From the NCBI GenBank assembly GCA_013115125.1, contig JABANN010000045.1:1-64000 (forward strand): a stretch of 64,000 nucleotides of DNA, given 5' to 3'. The DNA is from Perkinsus olseni. Its lineage: Eukaryota. The translations under genes and the position numbers were made by a program. Under the pieces are notes generated by a model. That model searched no databases. It had not been told where the DNA came from and was given only the letters and a program-made list of their open reading frames with translations. How positions within the stretch are numbered: the first letter of the stretch is position 1; every line of letters begins with the position of its first letter. Positions 51,478 through 63,364 of the stretch are shown piece by piece.

Positions 51478-53494
51478 GGCCAAAAACAACTGCTACCAGC
51501 ACACAATCCGCAGGGCTCCGGCTAACTCCGACAGCCTCGTCCCACTTGCTCAACTCGAGAAATCTCCTTTCACTTCGAAACAGTCGATTTATCATGCTCA
51601 GAAACTGCGCCACTCCGCGCTTTCTCCATTATTGATTTGCGGAACATATGGGTACTATAGCCACTCACAGGCTGCTGCATTCGCTCCCACCACCACTGGT
51701 CACCGTAACTCACACAGAGCTCCGAACCTGGCAGAATGGACGCGACTTTTACTCAGAAGAAAATTGCCGACTCGCACGGTACGCCAGAAGACATTCGGTA
51801 TCAGGCTCGCTGCAACCTAAGATACTCCGACCCCCCGATTCTCACCAGCCGGAATGTCTTCTGTGGCCTTCATGACCATCACCACATGCCTGCCATCTAT
51901 CGTTCGCTCAATGTTATACCTCAAGTTGGGCTTATCCGAGTGATTATACAACGACCCAAACCCCAAAGGGAGATACAAACTGTCAAGAAAGGTCGACTCA
52001 GTTCATATCTTAAGTCCACCCATGCTCATCACGAATAACGGGCGATTCTTATTACATTCGGTCATCATTCAAATGGGAGCATTCCCCTGGGAACTCGTAC
52101 ACATAATCCTCGAGCCGCGTACCCTCCACGGCCGAACTCGTCGAGTCCGCAGCACTTATCTGAGAAACACATAGTCAAAGAGTCCCCGAACGGTCCTGCG
52201 TGTCTACACTCTTCCTCGTGAAGCCCAAGGTGGGGCAGACTTCCACCACGGTTCCCTTGGTGACGTCAGCATTCGCGAAGACGCCAAGGCCTAAGAGATG
52301 GTCCGCATGTCTCACACCAGCCGAGATTACGCTGTCCTCCAGGGTTTATCGGGCATCTACATGATGGGGCAGACGTGCAGAAAATAACGCCCGTCCGAAT
52401 GGGAAGCGTGCGTAGATGCGTTTTCAGCTATCACCTTGAATTGGGGATTTTCGAACTTCCACCGGCCCATTAGACCATATCGCTTCGGTGTGGGGCATCT
52501 TAGATTTGACCCGGATACGCGAGGAGGTCGACACCCGATTTTGGAGGGTACCGGATAGCCTGCTCAGCATAGGGAAAACTTAACTAATCATCAAGACACT
52601 GGCTATTCATCGACCACGTACCACCGGCGTCTCCAAGAGGCTCTCAACTTCTAACCCAGGGTGAAGGATTCCGCGCAGGTTCGATCCCCCCGTAGTCCGT
52701 TTCTTCAACCCCCTTACCGCACCCATCCAACATGTCCATGCCTTCTTCGTACAGCAGTCCTCAGACCCCACAGCTACGTACGAATGCTCATGTGCATCTG
52801 CTTGCTCATAGGAGGTGGAGCCCCGAAGTGGGTTGAAGCTGCTCAGCATGAAAGGTACACTGTTTTTCGGGGAGACTGCCGAACTCAAGGGTCAGGAAAT
52901 CGTTCCCCGCGTCGCTCTGCTTGGAAGCATCAGGCTTATCGAGAAGTCAGCAAGGTCTGCGTTGAAAACGTTCAAGACAGGAATCCTGTCTTAAATGATT
53001 CTGTCTTACATTCTAAGACTTTGCTCTCACTCGTCCCGGCCGTTCACCTCACTGGGTGGGCGCAATCAAGGAGGAGGCTGCTAAACCGCTTTAGTCCGAC
53101 CCCCTCGACGATTCGACTTCAGTCGCCCATACCCTAGTATGGGCAAGCTACACGGTGTAACGCCAGTTTCGTCGCCAAGGTGAACATCAACATCGGCGAG
53201 GATAAGCTCAAGGAGCGCCTTCCGGGGGCGTGTCGGTCAGGTCGCACTTCATACGTAGAGCTTTCAGTGCACTGGAAGGGTTGGCTAGTAGAGAGGTCGC
53301 TAAGGGGTGTCGCCAGGCGGGAGAGGAGGTGGCTGAGCCTAAGAGGCGGATAGTCAACGCTTACTCGGCAAGCGGGTAGACGAGAAGTTCCCCAAGATTC
53401 TTGGTTACGCGAAGTCAGATCGTTAGAGGGTGAAGGCAGAGATGCTGCGTCAATCGCGTATCAATGATGATGGTGAGAAGGATGGGTTGGAAAG

Positions 53495-53589
53495 TGTTGA
53501 GTATTTATATATTGATTGCAGAGGAATAGCAAGAGTGCAAGATAGTGAAGTCTTGCCGTCAGCTATTGTCATTAGAGGTTTACAGAGGC
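53495..53589 (+). repeat. Truncated 5' LTR
   Basis: Identical to 54343-54437; then jumps directly into pol-tail sequence. Confidence 0.92.
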
Positions 53590-54342
53590 CGCTTACCCAT
53601 GAGGATATTGTGTCATTTATCTCTTCAGCTGTACTCTCAGAGGTATCTCGATTAGATCGTCATCGTCGACAGCTGTTGAATGTTTGGTCTGACGCGTGGA
53701 CGAGATCGAGAGAGAGGAGTAAAGGCCCAGAGGCCCGAGAACATTATGTTCGAGGAGAATCAGTCTACATATATCGTAAGCCCCAACATAAATTAGATTC
53801 ACAATGGATAAGAGGTACCATTATGAATCCTATCGGCGGGCAGTGTTATGAGGTACAGCTTTCGGATGGTACACGACAAGTCTTTCATAAGGATCACATT
53901 AAGCCTTTTTATATATCAGAAGAAGAAGATCGTGTGCCGACACCCACTTCAAGAGGTCATAAGAGGAGAGATCTATCATCTCCACCTACCACTGAAGGCC
54001 TTCCACCAAAGAGGAGAGTGCGAATTGTGTCTTCTGGTCATCCTTTCTTAGCATGGAAAGATGAAGATGGTACGGTTAGGGTTGGTAGTAAGATATCATG
54101 GACCAATGATAATTTCTTTCTTGTCCATGAATATAAGCTGTTAGAGGACCATCGAACTGTCGCACCGATGTACTTCACTCCCGATGGTATATTAAGAGTT
54201 GGAGGTCCCCCAGAGAATCCCGCTACTGTTGCTGTCAACCCTAAGGGAGTCTCCGTTCTTAAACTGGAAAGCCCTACTCAGCTTTCTGTCGAATCTTCTA
54301 GGAAGGTGTCTGCTCTATAGCCGCCACCTTGGGGGGCCGAGA

Positions 54343-54525
54343 TGTTGAGTATTTATATATTGATTGCAGAGGAATAGCAAGAGTGCAAGATAGTGAAGTC
54401 TTGCCGTCAGCTATTGTCATTAGAGGTTTACAGAGGCACTCATTATCAGAGGTTCTAGAGGAGAGGTCGGTTACTAACGTAGCCATCTTGGCTCAAGTCA
54501 TGTTGCGTTATCTATAATCTCAACA
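54343..54525 (+). repeat. Complete 3' LTR (183 bp)
   Basis: TG..CA ends, preceded by a PPT-like tract, followed by the TSD. Confidence 0.92.
54477..54497 (+). other. Perkinsus-type spliced-leader sequence embedded in the LTR
   Basis: ACGTAGCCATCTTGGCTCAAG, matching the short (21-nt) Perkinsus SL as I recall it (long form ACCGTAGCCATCTTGGCTCAAG; cf. dinoSL DCCGTAGCCATTTTGGCTCAAG). Followed by TCATG, not a GT donor. Confidence 0.9.
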
Positions 54526-55352
54526 GAAAGTGATTCTCCTGCCATCCAAGAAGAGATGGATGGCATCTGATCTTGAACTTCTTCGTGATGATGGAGTTGA
54601 AAACGGAATTGGGGTTCGGCCTACCGCAAGTCGGGCATAGATTCCCCACAAGAGTATCTCGGACAGAGTACGAATGCGGACAGTCGTCACTTCGTCAGAC
54701 TTTCTCGAGAAGGCGTTCCTCTTTCTCGAGTACGAAGAGCGGATGTGGAGAGTGCTGAGTGGCTAACATGAATTTTGTGCAAGTCGGGAAGCGAGCCCAT
54801 TGTGTTGATGGTTGGCCGAGCGCTGGCTTTGGGATCGCTTGCCGATGGAGTAGCCCATCAACCATTGAGTACGGGCAGAGGTCTACACATGCCGAATGCA
54901 GCTGAGTCTAGAAAATTCAGAAGTAAGATAAGATATATTTTCTCGCCGAAGATCAGTGTGCGCACGCACTGATGCAAAGAGTCACGGTGGAGTGACTCGC
55001 GCAGTAAAAGCTCCCCAGTGGCTTTGCCTGAGAAACATGGGACGGGCGATGGATATGCCGGGCTCTTCGGACTCCTAAGTTTGGAGTATCGGCGATAACT
55101 GGTAACGCAACCACAATGTGCTGGATGGGAGCGAAAGGTTTCCTTGATATTGTTGAATATGATATGACACTGATCTGACGGAGACTCTTGCACGACTGGC
55201 CTGCGAGGATCGCGATCTGGAACGAGCCGAAAAGGGTGCATGCGCTCATGCAAGAGATCCCGAAATCTGATAGACCGACTAAAAAATAACAATCTCACCC
55301 AGCCTATCACCCAGATAGGTGAGCTGACTCTTCCTGATCTGTTGGCCCAACA

Positions 55353-55766
55353 TCAGCAGTGCCCAGGTCTCAGCTCGACCTTCTGGCCCTGGAACGCAGT
55401 TGCTATAGTATTATCCACCCTGTTGTAGACGAACTTGTAGAGATCACCCGGCAGGATGGTCCTAAGCCCACAATAGACATTCACCACTTGGCGGAACCTG
55501 CGGTAGTTATACTTGCGGCTGGAGTCAGTCACATAGATGAAAGGTGGGCCTTGATCAACCGTTATGTCCTTGCTTTTCTTGAAGTGTGCACCACACTTTA
55601 CACCCAGCTCCACATCCTCGTGACGGTTAGGGGGCCAATTGACTTGAACACAGACCGTGCCCTGCGGATTGATTTTCGCGTAATAGGTCCCAGCCGGAGG
55701 GCCGGGACGAGCCAGCGCAGTCAGCATCAGAGAGGCAGCGATGTAGACGACTTTGTAGAATAGCAT
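55353..55766 (-). CDS. Small secreted protein (137 aa), intronless, lineage-specific
   Basis: Signal peptide MLFYKVVYIAASLMLTALA, four Cys including the terminal residue, clean single ORF. Confidence 0.8.
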   Translation of the reverse strand: MLFYKVVYIAASLMLTALARPGPPAGTYYAKINPQGTVCVQVNWPPNRHEDVELGVKCGAHFKKSKDITVDQGPPFIYVTDSSRKYNYRRFRQVVNVYCGLRTILPGDLYKFVYNRVDNTIATAFQGQKVELRPGHC

Positions 55767-57850
55767 TACTTGAACGGAGCAGTATCTGCAGCAAGCCTGA
55801 TGACAGCATAGACTGATTTGGCTGAACTTCAGCCGCTGAAGGTTGTGATTGAAACTCAGACTGGGTTACCGAGCGCTGTGCGTCGGAAGGGAGCACCTAA
55901 GCCCAAGGAGAGCTATGACGAGAAGGAAAATCCATAGCGAGATCTGGGTCACCCACGCCTACACGTATACATCGAGTCTGAGTTAGCAGAACAGATAACG
56001 TGAAGGCGTCCCGTGCAGTCGTTTGCGGGCCCAAATGTAGCGGGAGTAAGTGCGTAACAAGTCACTACAGTAGGGCTACTCGAGACAGGGCTCAGAGAAG
56101 CGTAGAAAGCTAGACTCGAGAGGACTTAGAGTGACCAGGTTATCTACAGCGTAATCTAGAACACGTACTCAAGCACGCGAGCTAATGGTAGTTAGTAAGC
56201 AGTAGAGGTGGTTGTCACTATAGTGCAGTAGAGTACTGCCAGTAGTCGCGACCCTCATCTGCTACACTGTTTGACGACCTATCTCGCCTTGAGATTAATT
56301 AGAGTGTGGCCGCTTTATTAAGGCTGGGGAGGAAGTAGCTAAGAATGATGAAACTGAACAGCGTGATCCGTGACGCAATCACTCAAGTGCAAACCGCGGG
56401 AAAGTAGATATAACTCGCAGATACGGGTATTCAGGCTGCAACTGATGAAGGAGGTTGTATAGTCGTCATGAGTGAGCGCAACTCAGCGTTACCGGCGAGG
56501 CGTCCGGTCACCCGAGTCAGACGCTAAGTCGATATGGAACACCGGGAATGCACCCCTGCTGTGTAAAACGCTAACGTAACACGCATCACGCATTACACAA
56601 AGCGTAGCGGCTCTATTTGACGCGTACTGCGTACGGAACGCGTGGATTACATGGCACAACTGCAGCCAGTACGCGTACTCTTTACACGGTAGAAGTGTTG
56701 AGTTATCTGAGCTCAAGCGATGAGAAGAAGGAACTCCGTGAAACCCGGCTCTTCATTGGAGTCTTCAGTATTGCTTTTTTTCATCGGCTATTAGAGACTC
56801 GGCAGTTACTAATATCTCCCTCGATGTAGTCCGGGAACGATACTGATGATGCTGAGTTAAACCACGGTGATGGTAATTTAGTGAATGAACTTCAGTTCAA
56901 GACGTACTGAGTTCTTATGTCTGGTTCTGAGTCTATTGGACTTTGTCAATGTAACGACGCAATGAGCGAGACTAGTCTTGTGAAAGCCGAGTTAACTGGC
57001 GATGTTGAGAGTTCGGGGAATCTGGTCCCCAGATTTTGGTGGCCACTACCTCTACCGCTGTAGTGCCTAACCAGCAACGGGACGAAGTATATTGCAGGGC
57101 GTGACGGAACGGCGCAAGGGTTAAGACTAATGATGGTGTCTTCTGGTTATGCAATTGCCTTGCCCTTCAGGTTCTGACGACGAAAAAAATGAGACCCCGG
57201 TATCAGTGCGGTATAAATGAACGCTACAATCTATAATAGGACTTGGAGTTTCGATCGCGCAACGACCCAAGAGCCATGAGTGCCCCTTAATGTCACTGTT
57301 GTGGCTCGGCCTCGTGGAAGCTGGAGCTCTTGAGAGGAAGGCCCTTCGAATCACCCCCGTGTAACCCAACACGAGTCTACTCGGCTACCGGCTTCTTATT
57401 GGAGAGAAATCGAAAAAATAAGACCGAAGATCCAGATACGCTCATCAAGCTCGTGTTCATCGTAGGAGTGCATCGAGATGATCGATATTTCAGAATCGTG
57501 TCTCCAATTATTTCTGATCGTACCACCATACGATGATCTCACTGGACGCGAGAACTGAGACAGAATTTTCATAATCATCAATGTAGGAAATCAGCTTGAT
57601 AATCATCATATTCAATGGAATGATACCGAAATTGATAAAGAAGGTGACCAGTGGTCACTAACCACTCGCTGGTACTGCCAACCGCTCGCATCACGGAGAA
57701 CATGGCTCAGCGCTAACATGATCAGAGAGTGGGAAAGAAAGGCTATTCCTTTAAGGAATAATTCAATAACATCGCCGAAGTTGAACGTATACTACTGAGG
57801 CCTAGGAAATATGGGCTCAACAAGAAAAAAAGTCATTTAAGAAGTTATCA

Positions 57851-58660
57851 TCAATTAATGGGACTTTTTTGGCTGAATACGGGCAACGAATTGTCGTATT
57901 CAATCTTCAGGCCATCCTTTTTACCACTGATGTACAATTCAATGTAGCAGTCGTAGTTCCAATGAGCCAGGTCCAGGGCCCAGACATCCGCGTAGAACAC
58001 TATCTCTGAGAAAAGATCACCAACCTCGCCTATCGCAGTTACCGATGACAGGATTTGATTCTTTCCTCCCTTAGTGTCTACAGAAGCAGCGCCAGACCCC
58101 TCGCCCTTTGTCCTTACAGTACCCATATACGGAATGTTCACGGTGGTATACAACTGTGTTTTGAACTCAATTTCCTTCCGGTCGCCGACAACCTTTCCTC
58201 CAACTTTCCAGATCAGTGGCACATAGAACTCCAAGTCTACCGTTATCCCAGATGGTAAGTCAAGCTTCAGGAAAGTATGGCCCTCAGCCCAGAGACCAAC
58301 ATCGGTCGGGAGCGAGTGCGGCGGCGCAAGGACTATGAGTTTCAGAGTAGAATACCAGCCTGTGTGGGAAGTATTGGAGCGGATGAGCATGCCAGATTGA
58401 ACTTGAGTTTGGGGAGAATCCTCCAGAATGAACCAGCAGTAGTTCTTACCACCGAAGTTATCATCCGGAGGTAAGCATTTAGGAGGTTGCTCGTGCACGA
58501 CAGGCAGACGTAGGGAGCGAAGTGGAGGTCTTTGGCCAGGGCTGACGGCAGTGTCATTCACCCAGAGGGGCTTGGCGTGGACCAATACCATGGAGTAGAT
58601 GACAGCGATGATGACCCCGATCATTAAAGACGTTCTGATCATGTTGTGAGCGGTATTCAT
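57851..58660 (-). CDS. Secreted or membrane-anchored beta-rich protein (269 aa), intronless, lineage-specific
   Basis: Hydrophobic N-terminus LMIGVIIAVIYSMVLVHA; long clean ORF with alternating beta-strand patterns. Confidence 0.75.
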   Translation of the reverse strand: MNTAHNMIRTSLMIGVIIAVIYSMVLVHAKPLWVNDTAVSPGQRPPLRSLRLPVVHEQPPKCLPPDDNFGGKNYCWFILEDSPQTQVQSGMLIRSNTSHTGWYSTLKLIVLAPPHSLPTDVGLWAEGHTFLKLDLPSGITVDLEFYVPLIWKVGGKVVGDRKEIEFKTQLYTTVNIPYMGTVRTKGEGSGAASVDTKGGKNQILSSVTAIGEVGDLFSEIVFYADVWALDLAHWNYDCYIELYISGKKDGLKIEYDNSLPVFSQKSPIN

Positions 58661-60196
58661 GTCCTCTGTGCGGGAGAAGTTACAAGTTGTCTACGCTTGA
58701 ATTGTTGGCGTGCGCGTCCGCCTGTCTTCTCGCCGATAACATCAAATGCTGGTCATTATGAACACAATACGATCGTATGATACTTTATGACGTAGGCCTG
58801 ATCATCGGGAGATTGAAAGGGAGTTCAGAAATGGAGGATTGAAGAACCCTACAAATGCGGAAATCCAATAGAAGCAACGAATTCGGCAGGAAGGCTAGCT
58901 GATGGTACGTGAGCGCGCTGGAGTCCCGGCCACGGTCAGACCATGACGGTCAATTCTTATTCGCGAAGAAACTTCAGGGGCCGTGAGTCACGACGCGCAC
59001 TGGACGGCACTGGACTCTCGCGTCACTGCGCTGGACACTAGATCTTACTGGGGGGGGGTGTTTTTTCATCCTTAGGATGAACACAACCTACGCTTCACTT
59101 CAACTCAGTTTGACAGCCAGGCGATCGATGGTTAGGCCGTCTATGACGGAGCCTGACACATCCTCTTCAGTGCGCAAGAGCGTCCATCACTTGACGAGAT
59201 CCCGACCAGGACGGCTTTGACTCTATCTCTCTCTGGTAGCTGTATGGTGGACAGCTTAGCTGTAACAACTACGAGCTCTAAAAACCGAACTCACGGTTAT
59301 GCCCTGTTCCAATATCGGCGCTCAACTCCGAAAATCCATCGGCAGAAGACTAGAAGTACCCATTTCAAACAGGCTGACATACTCGTTTCGAATCGTTCAA
59401 AATCATCTTGAGGAATATGTTCGGTCGGTGTCACGGGAACCCGTTTGAGGCAACCTGGGAAGCTGCTCAACCAGATTACGCGTACTGTGTTGACGATGGA
59501 ACGTCAGAAGTAGTGGGGTACTGAAGGACTCAGGTGGACGACTATCGTGGTGACTGTATATGGTGACCTCAAAAATAAGACCCGGATGCAAGCAGGAAGG
59601 GTGATGGGCGAGTTGGTCTCCCGGGCACGCTGGCTGACGCTCGGGCCGACCGCGGTATGATGCTGCGGGCAGCTTATCGGCAGGTCCGACTAGTAGCACT
59701 TTCAATGCAGTGTGCGATGCGGATTCTACCCTGTTCCAAATCAACTACGTCCCCTATTCTTGGGGATGTTCGTTCGTGTATCAACTCCCAGTTAGGGCTC
59801 TACTCCGATCGCGTCACCTGAATCATGCGAGGTAGTCTTCGGCGGTTGTTGGTAGATTGACACTGAACACTAGATGACCTCAAAGGAAGGAGTCGTAGCA
59901 CTGTGAAGACTCCCTGGGGGGAATGCGTTGTGAAGAGGATAAACGGTGTGAACTTGTATGATAAAGACTTATAATCACGCACTTATCAATCCAATGATAA
60001 CTGAAAGCAAAAGAGGGATGTGGCGCCCACTGCTGCTCCGACGAAGATCGAGGGATGGATAGTAGAAAAAAATGAAAGGTGCCCGGATAATCTCGGGACT
60101 TGCTGCACAAAGTCAAAAAGGGTTATCGAAAATGGAGAAGTATACATAACGGAACGCTTTGAAGCCCGTGCCCCCAAGGCCAGGGGACTAGTGTTC

Positions 60197-63100
60197 CTAA
60201 GGGTCTGCTAGGCTGACGCCGAGCATGCGTATGATCATGAACCCAACAGACACTGCGGCAAGCCACAGTGCCTTCATAGCCGCTCCTCGATTGAGGCGTA
60301 CACCATACCTGCTCAAGAGAATCCAAGCTCGAAGGGAGTAACCGAGGGACTTCAGATGAGAGCAGTGTAGAGCAATAGGTTACTATTGGACTTACAGGTA
60401 AAAGCCCCCTTCAATAAGTTGCATGAAGCTGACAACAAACCATTTGTCGTGATCTATCTCGTTGCCGAAGTTCATGATATTGATGACTGTTGGTAGACGT
60501 TGGAACTTCAGATTCACCGTCGCCACCATTTGAAGCAGCACCGCCGACATCGCCAACAGCAGGCTTCCCGCGATCACCACTTCAACTGAAACAGCGTGAA
60601 ATCACGGGAGGCCAAGGAAGTCCGAATGAGCTCCAACTTTTCGAGGCCCATTTTCCTGCGCGGTTGACCCCTGCGAGGAGCTTCGTCAACTGTCCATGTT
60701 GCATGAGCGTTGAGAGCTGTGCTTATCGGACTCACCTTTGTGTGTTTCTATTGCATCACTGAATAGCAGGAGAAGTATCAACACCAACGTGACCGCCCCG
60801 CCATTAGTGAGATTCAAAACAGCTTGCCCAATAGAAGAAGAAACCTGAAGGAGTCGCGTCAGGATGATCCACCCCCATCATCATATCACTGCCTGTAGCC
60901 AGGCGAAAGACGAGATTAATAAAGCATTGAAACCCAAGTCTCGAATACAGTGGATCGCTTCGGCACTCACCTTGCGGACCACGGCACACAATACATTATA
61001 GCGCACCACTATGCCGTCCAACTTGGTGGTGCAAACGGCCCGACGCGCAAAGTCGTCCGCGGCCAAGGAGCAGAAGGATATTGCCGATGCGGAAACCCAA
61101 ACCATCTGAGACGTCATGAGAATTCCATGTAGTTCTACGATCTTCGCGAGAGGCCACAGGGGAGGACAACAGGACGTAGCCGAACGTGTCACCAGAGTGA
61201 TGGTTGCATGGGCCAATGCCTCCGCCAGGACCACGCCGTAGTTCGGTGTTGATGAGAGGAGTACTGACAAGGTGAGCAGAGCTGATCGAGTTTCGGGGCG
61301 AGGTACTACGTCCGAGATAGGGTACTCCAGCCACGCCAGCCAGGCATGCGTTCCGGACGTTTAATCTTCGCCACCTCTTCCCAAAGTTGTGCCGATGAGC
61401 GTAGTTGGTCATAGCGGAGATCCTGAGAACTTGCTCATATACCACACCTTCCCCGACACAGAGCAAGTCGTTTCGTTTCTTCAATTTTGTCTCCACATCC
61501 TAGGTACCACCGCGGTGCTACTAAATGCCACTCGTGGGGCGTGGACTCACGCGTTATCCCTGTGCGAGAACCACCAAATGAGATAGATTCTGCAGTACAA
61601 GACAACCATGCAGTGGAACTGAGCGAAGAACAGCGGGCCCACAGAACGTTGCTCAGCTGAGCCGTCGAGCATGGCGATGTAACCACCCTGGAAGGTTGCT
61701 CGACTCACCGTAAGGAGCGTGGCTATGACGACATTGTCCTCGACAAGGACGACAAGCTCTATGCTTGTCCCCACGATTAATGCTGCAATCATTGAAACGA
61801 TGTACAGCATCTGAGATAATGGGCCTAGCAAGGTAGTTAAGTCGGAAGGTGTGAAAGATCGCCACAAAGGAGTCGGGCTCCGAGGCCGAGAAATCTTCTC
61901 CTACAGATAGAAAGTGTCTTCTCCTAGTTCGTTCACTCCACGGGATAACCCCGAAAGCCTTCATCGCCCATTGGAATCTGTCGGAACTCTTGATTGTAAA
62001 TTCATCTTGGGAGCTCCGCATCTCTCTGAGAATCATCATAGGCTGGCAGGAGGTTCATACCCCATGAACCCAGCGAGAGCTCCACTGGCCACAGCATCAG
62101 ACCACACACACTGACCATAGGGCATTTCTCATTTCACGGCCTACGTTATGATGGTGCGAGCGATGATGCTGTGATGGATTCTAGCGGACGGGACCTCACG
62201 AGTTCCGCAGGTGCCATCTCTCAATTCCTTCAATTGTCCTAGTCAAGGGACGATAGAAAGTGAACGTTATTGAGGGGCTCGAGAACTGAGCATATTCGAT
62301 TGGCAATCTCGTGACAACTGTTGTACAAGATATGGTCTGCAACCCAAGTGTGGGGACGAAGCCAATGCCTAGGCAGGAGCCGAGAGGCCAGTCCGACTGT
62401 AAACTGTTGTGTGGGAACTCGCGGCCTCGGTTTCAAGCCAGATTCAACTCGATCAGAACTTACCGCCACTTACGTGACATTGAGATGCTCAATGACCTCT
62501 CGTTGAAGTCCAAACAGGGAGCAGAACGCCCCTGAACCAGCTTCTAAGGCATCGCGATGTTGTTCTGGTTGCTCCTTAACAAGTTCACGTTTCTTCACAA
62601 TTTCCATGTCGCTCAGGGAGAGATGTCCCAAACTGTCTACTATATCCTCAACGGACATCTCAGAACTACTCTTCTCTTTGGAAATCGGCGCACACGCTTC
62701 GAGACTCTGCCGCACGTGCTCTTCTATGGATCCCGAAGTCGAACTGAATGATACCGACTCTCGAGCAGTTGGATCGATTTCACTCCTTCGGGGGGTACCC
62801 AGTTGGCGCATTCCGCAACGGAGGGGCCAGGGTGATACCGGCATTGACGTCTGCGTGCCAACACCTGAATGAGTGCAGGCTCCGAACAACTGAGCAGACG
62901 CAGTCCCATCAGGAGACTCGAGCTCGTGCTTGACGACATCAAGTCAAAATACAAACGACCAGCCGGCCACTCACTGTATCTCTCTTGGTCCTGCACGGCG
63001 GGCAAGGCAGCGGCTCCCAAGACCGTTGAGACGGAGGAGCTTCGTTGGCGGCGTAGAAGTCTCGCCTCTCGTTTCGTCATTGTCGCCTGTTCGTCCATGC

Positions 63101-63364
63101 TTCGATCGTCAGCCAGACGAGGGCATGCTAGTCTTAGCTCCTCAGATGACTTCATACAACCCTCTACGGTGTAACGCATTTGCTTTTCAAGCTCGCCAAA
63201 GCAATCATCGAGGGCGGAGAGCACCTTAAAAGGATAGCTACGCCTGAGAAGCATCCCCATGGCCATGGGAAGTTGCTCACCCTCTGGCAAATCTTGTCTG
63301 TGAGGCTGTCTAGGTCCTCGTTCTCGTGTGAGGAGGGATGCGGCGGAATCGCCGCTTCTGACAT
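60197..63364 (-). CDS. Multi-TM protein, putative gustatory-receptor-like / 7TM ion channel homolog, multi-exon
   Basis: MSEAAIPPHP.. start and a long polar N-terminus, then about 7 hydrophobic segments. C-terminus YNVLCAVVRKVSSSIGQAVL..RLPTVINIMNFGNEIDHDKWFVVSFMQLIEGGFYL|YGVRLNRGAAMKALWLAAVSVGFMIIRMLGVSLADP* (TAG 60199-60197). Confidence 0.6.

Larger units (their letters stand above)
53495..54525 (+). mobile_element. Internally deleted LTR retrotransposon (1031 bp) with 5-bp TSD GAAAG
   Basis: Ends TGTTGAG...CTCAACA (7-bp inverted termini). GAAAG at 53490-53494 and 54526-54530. 95-bp 5' LTR remnant identical to the start of a 183-bp 3' LTR. Purine-rich tract ggggggccgaga just before the 3' LTR. 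Internal part encodes an integrase-tail-like segment (RPLT..KLDSQWIRGTI..GGQCYEVQLSDG..FHKDHIKP). Confidence 0.92.

Noticed and set aside
53430-54320. 296-aa ORF as a genuine host gene
   Set aside because: It is a chimera of flanking DNA, the truncated 5' LTR and the integrase tail, starts at a GTG, and is explained by the deleted retroelement.
54477-54530. SL RNA gene
   Set aside because: No GT donor follows the leader, no SL intron or U-tract is visible, and the sequence lies inside an LTR.
59050-59120. G9 tract followed by TGTTTTTT, resembling a PPT plus LTR start
   Set aside because: No second LTR, matching terminus, TSD or pol remnant was found.
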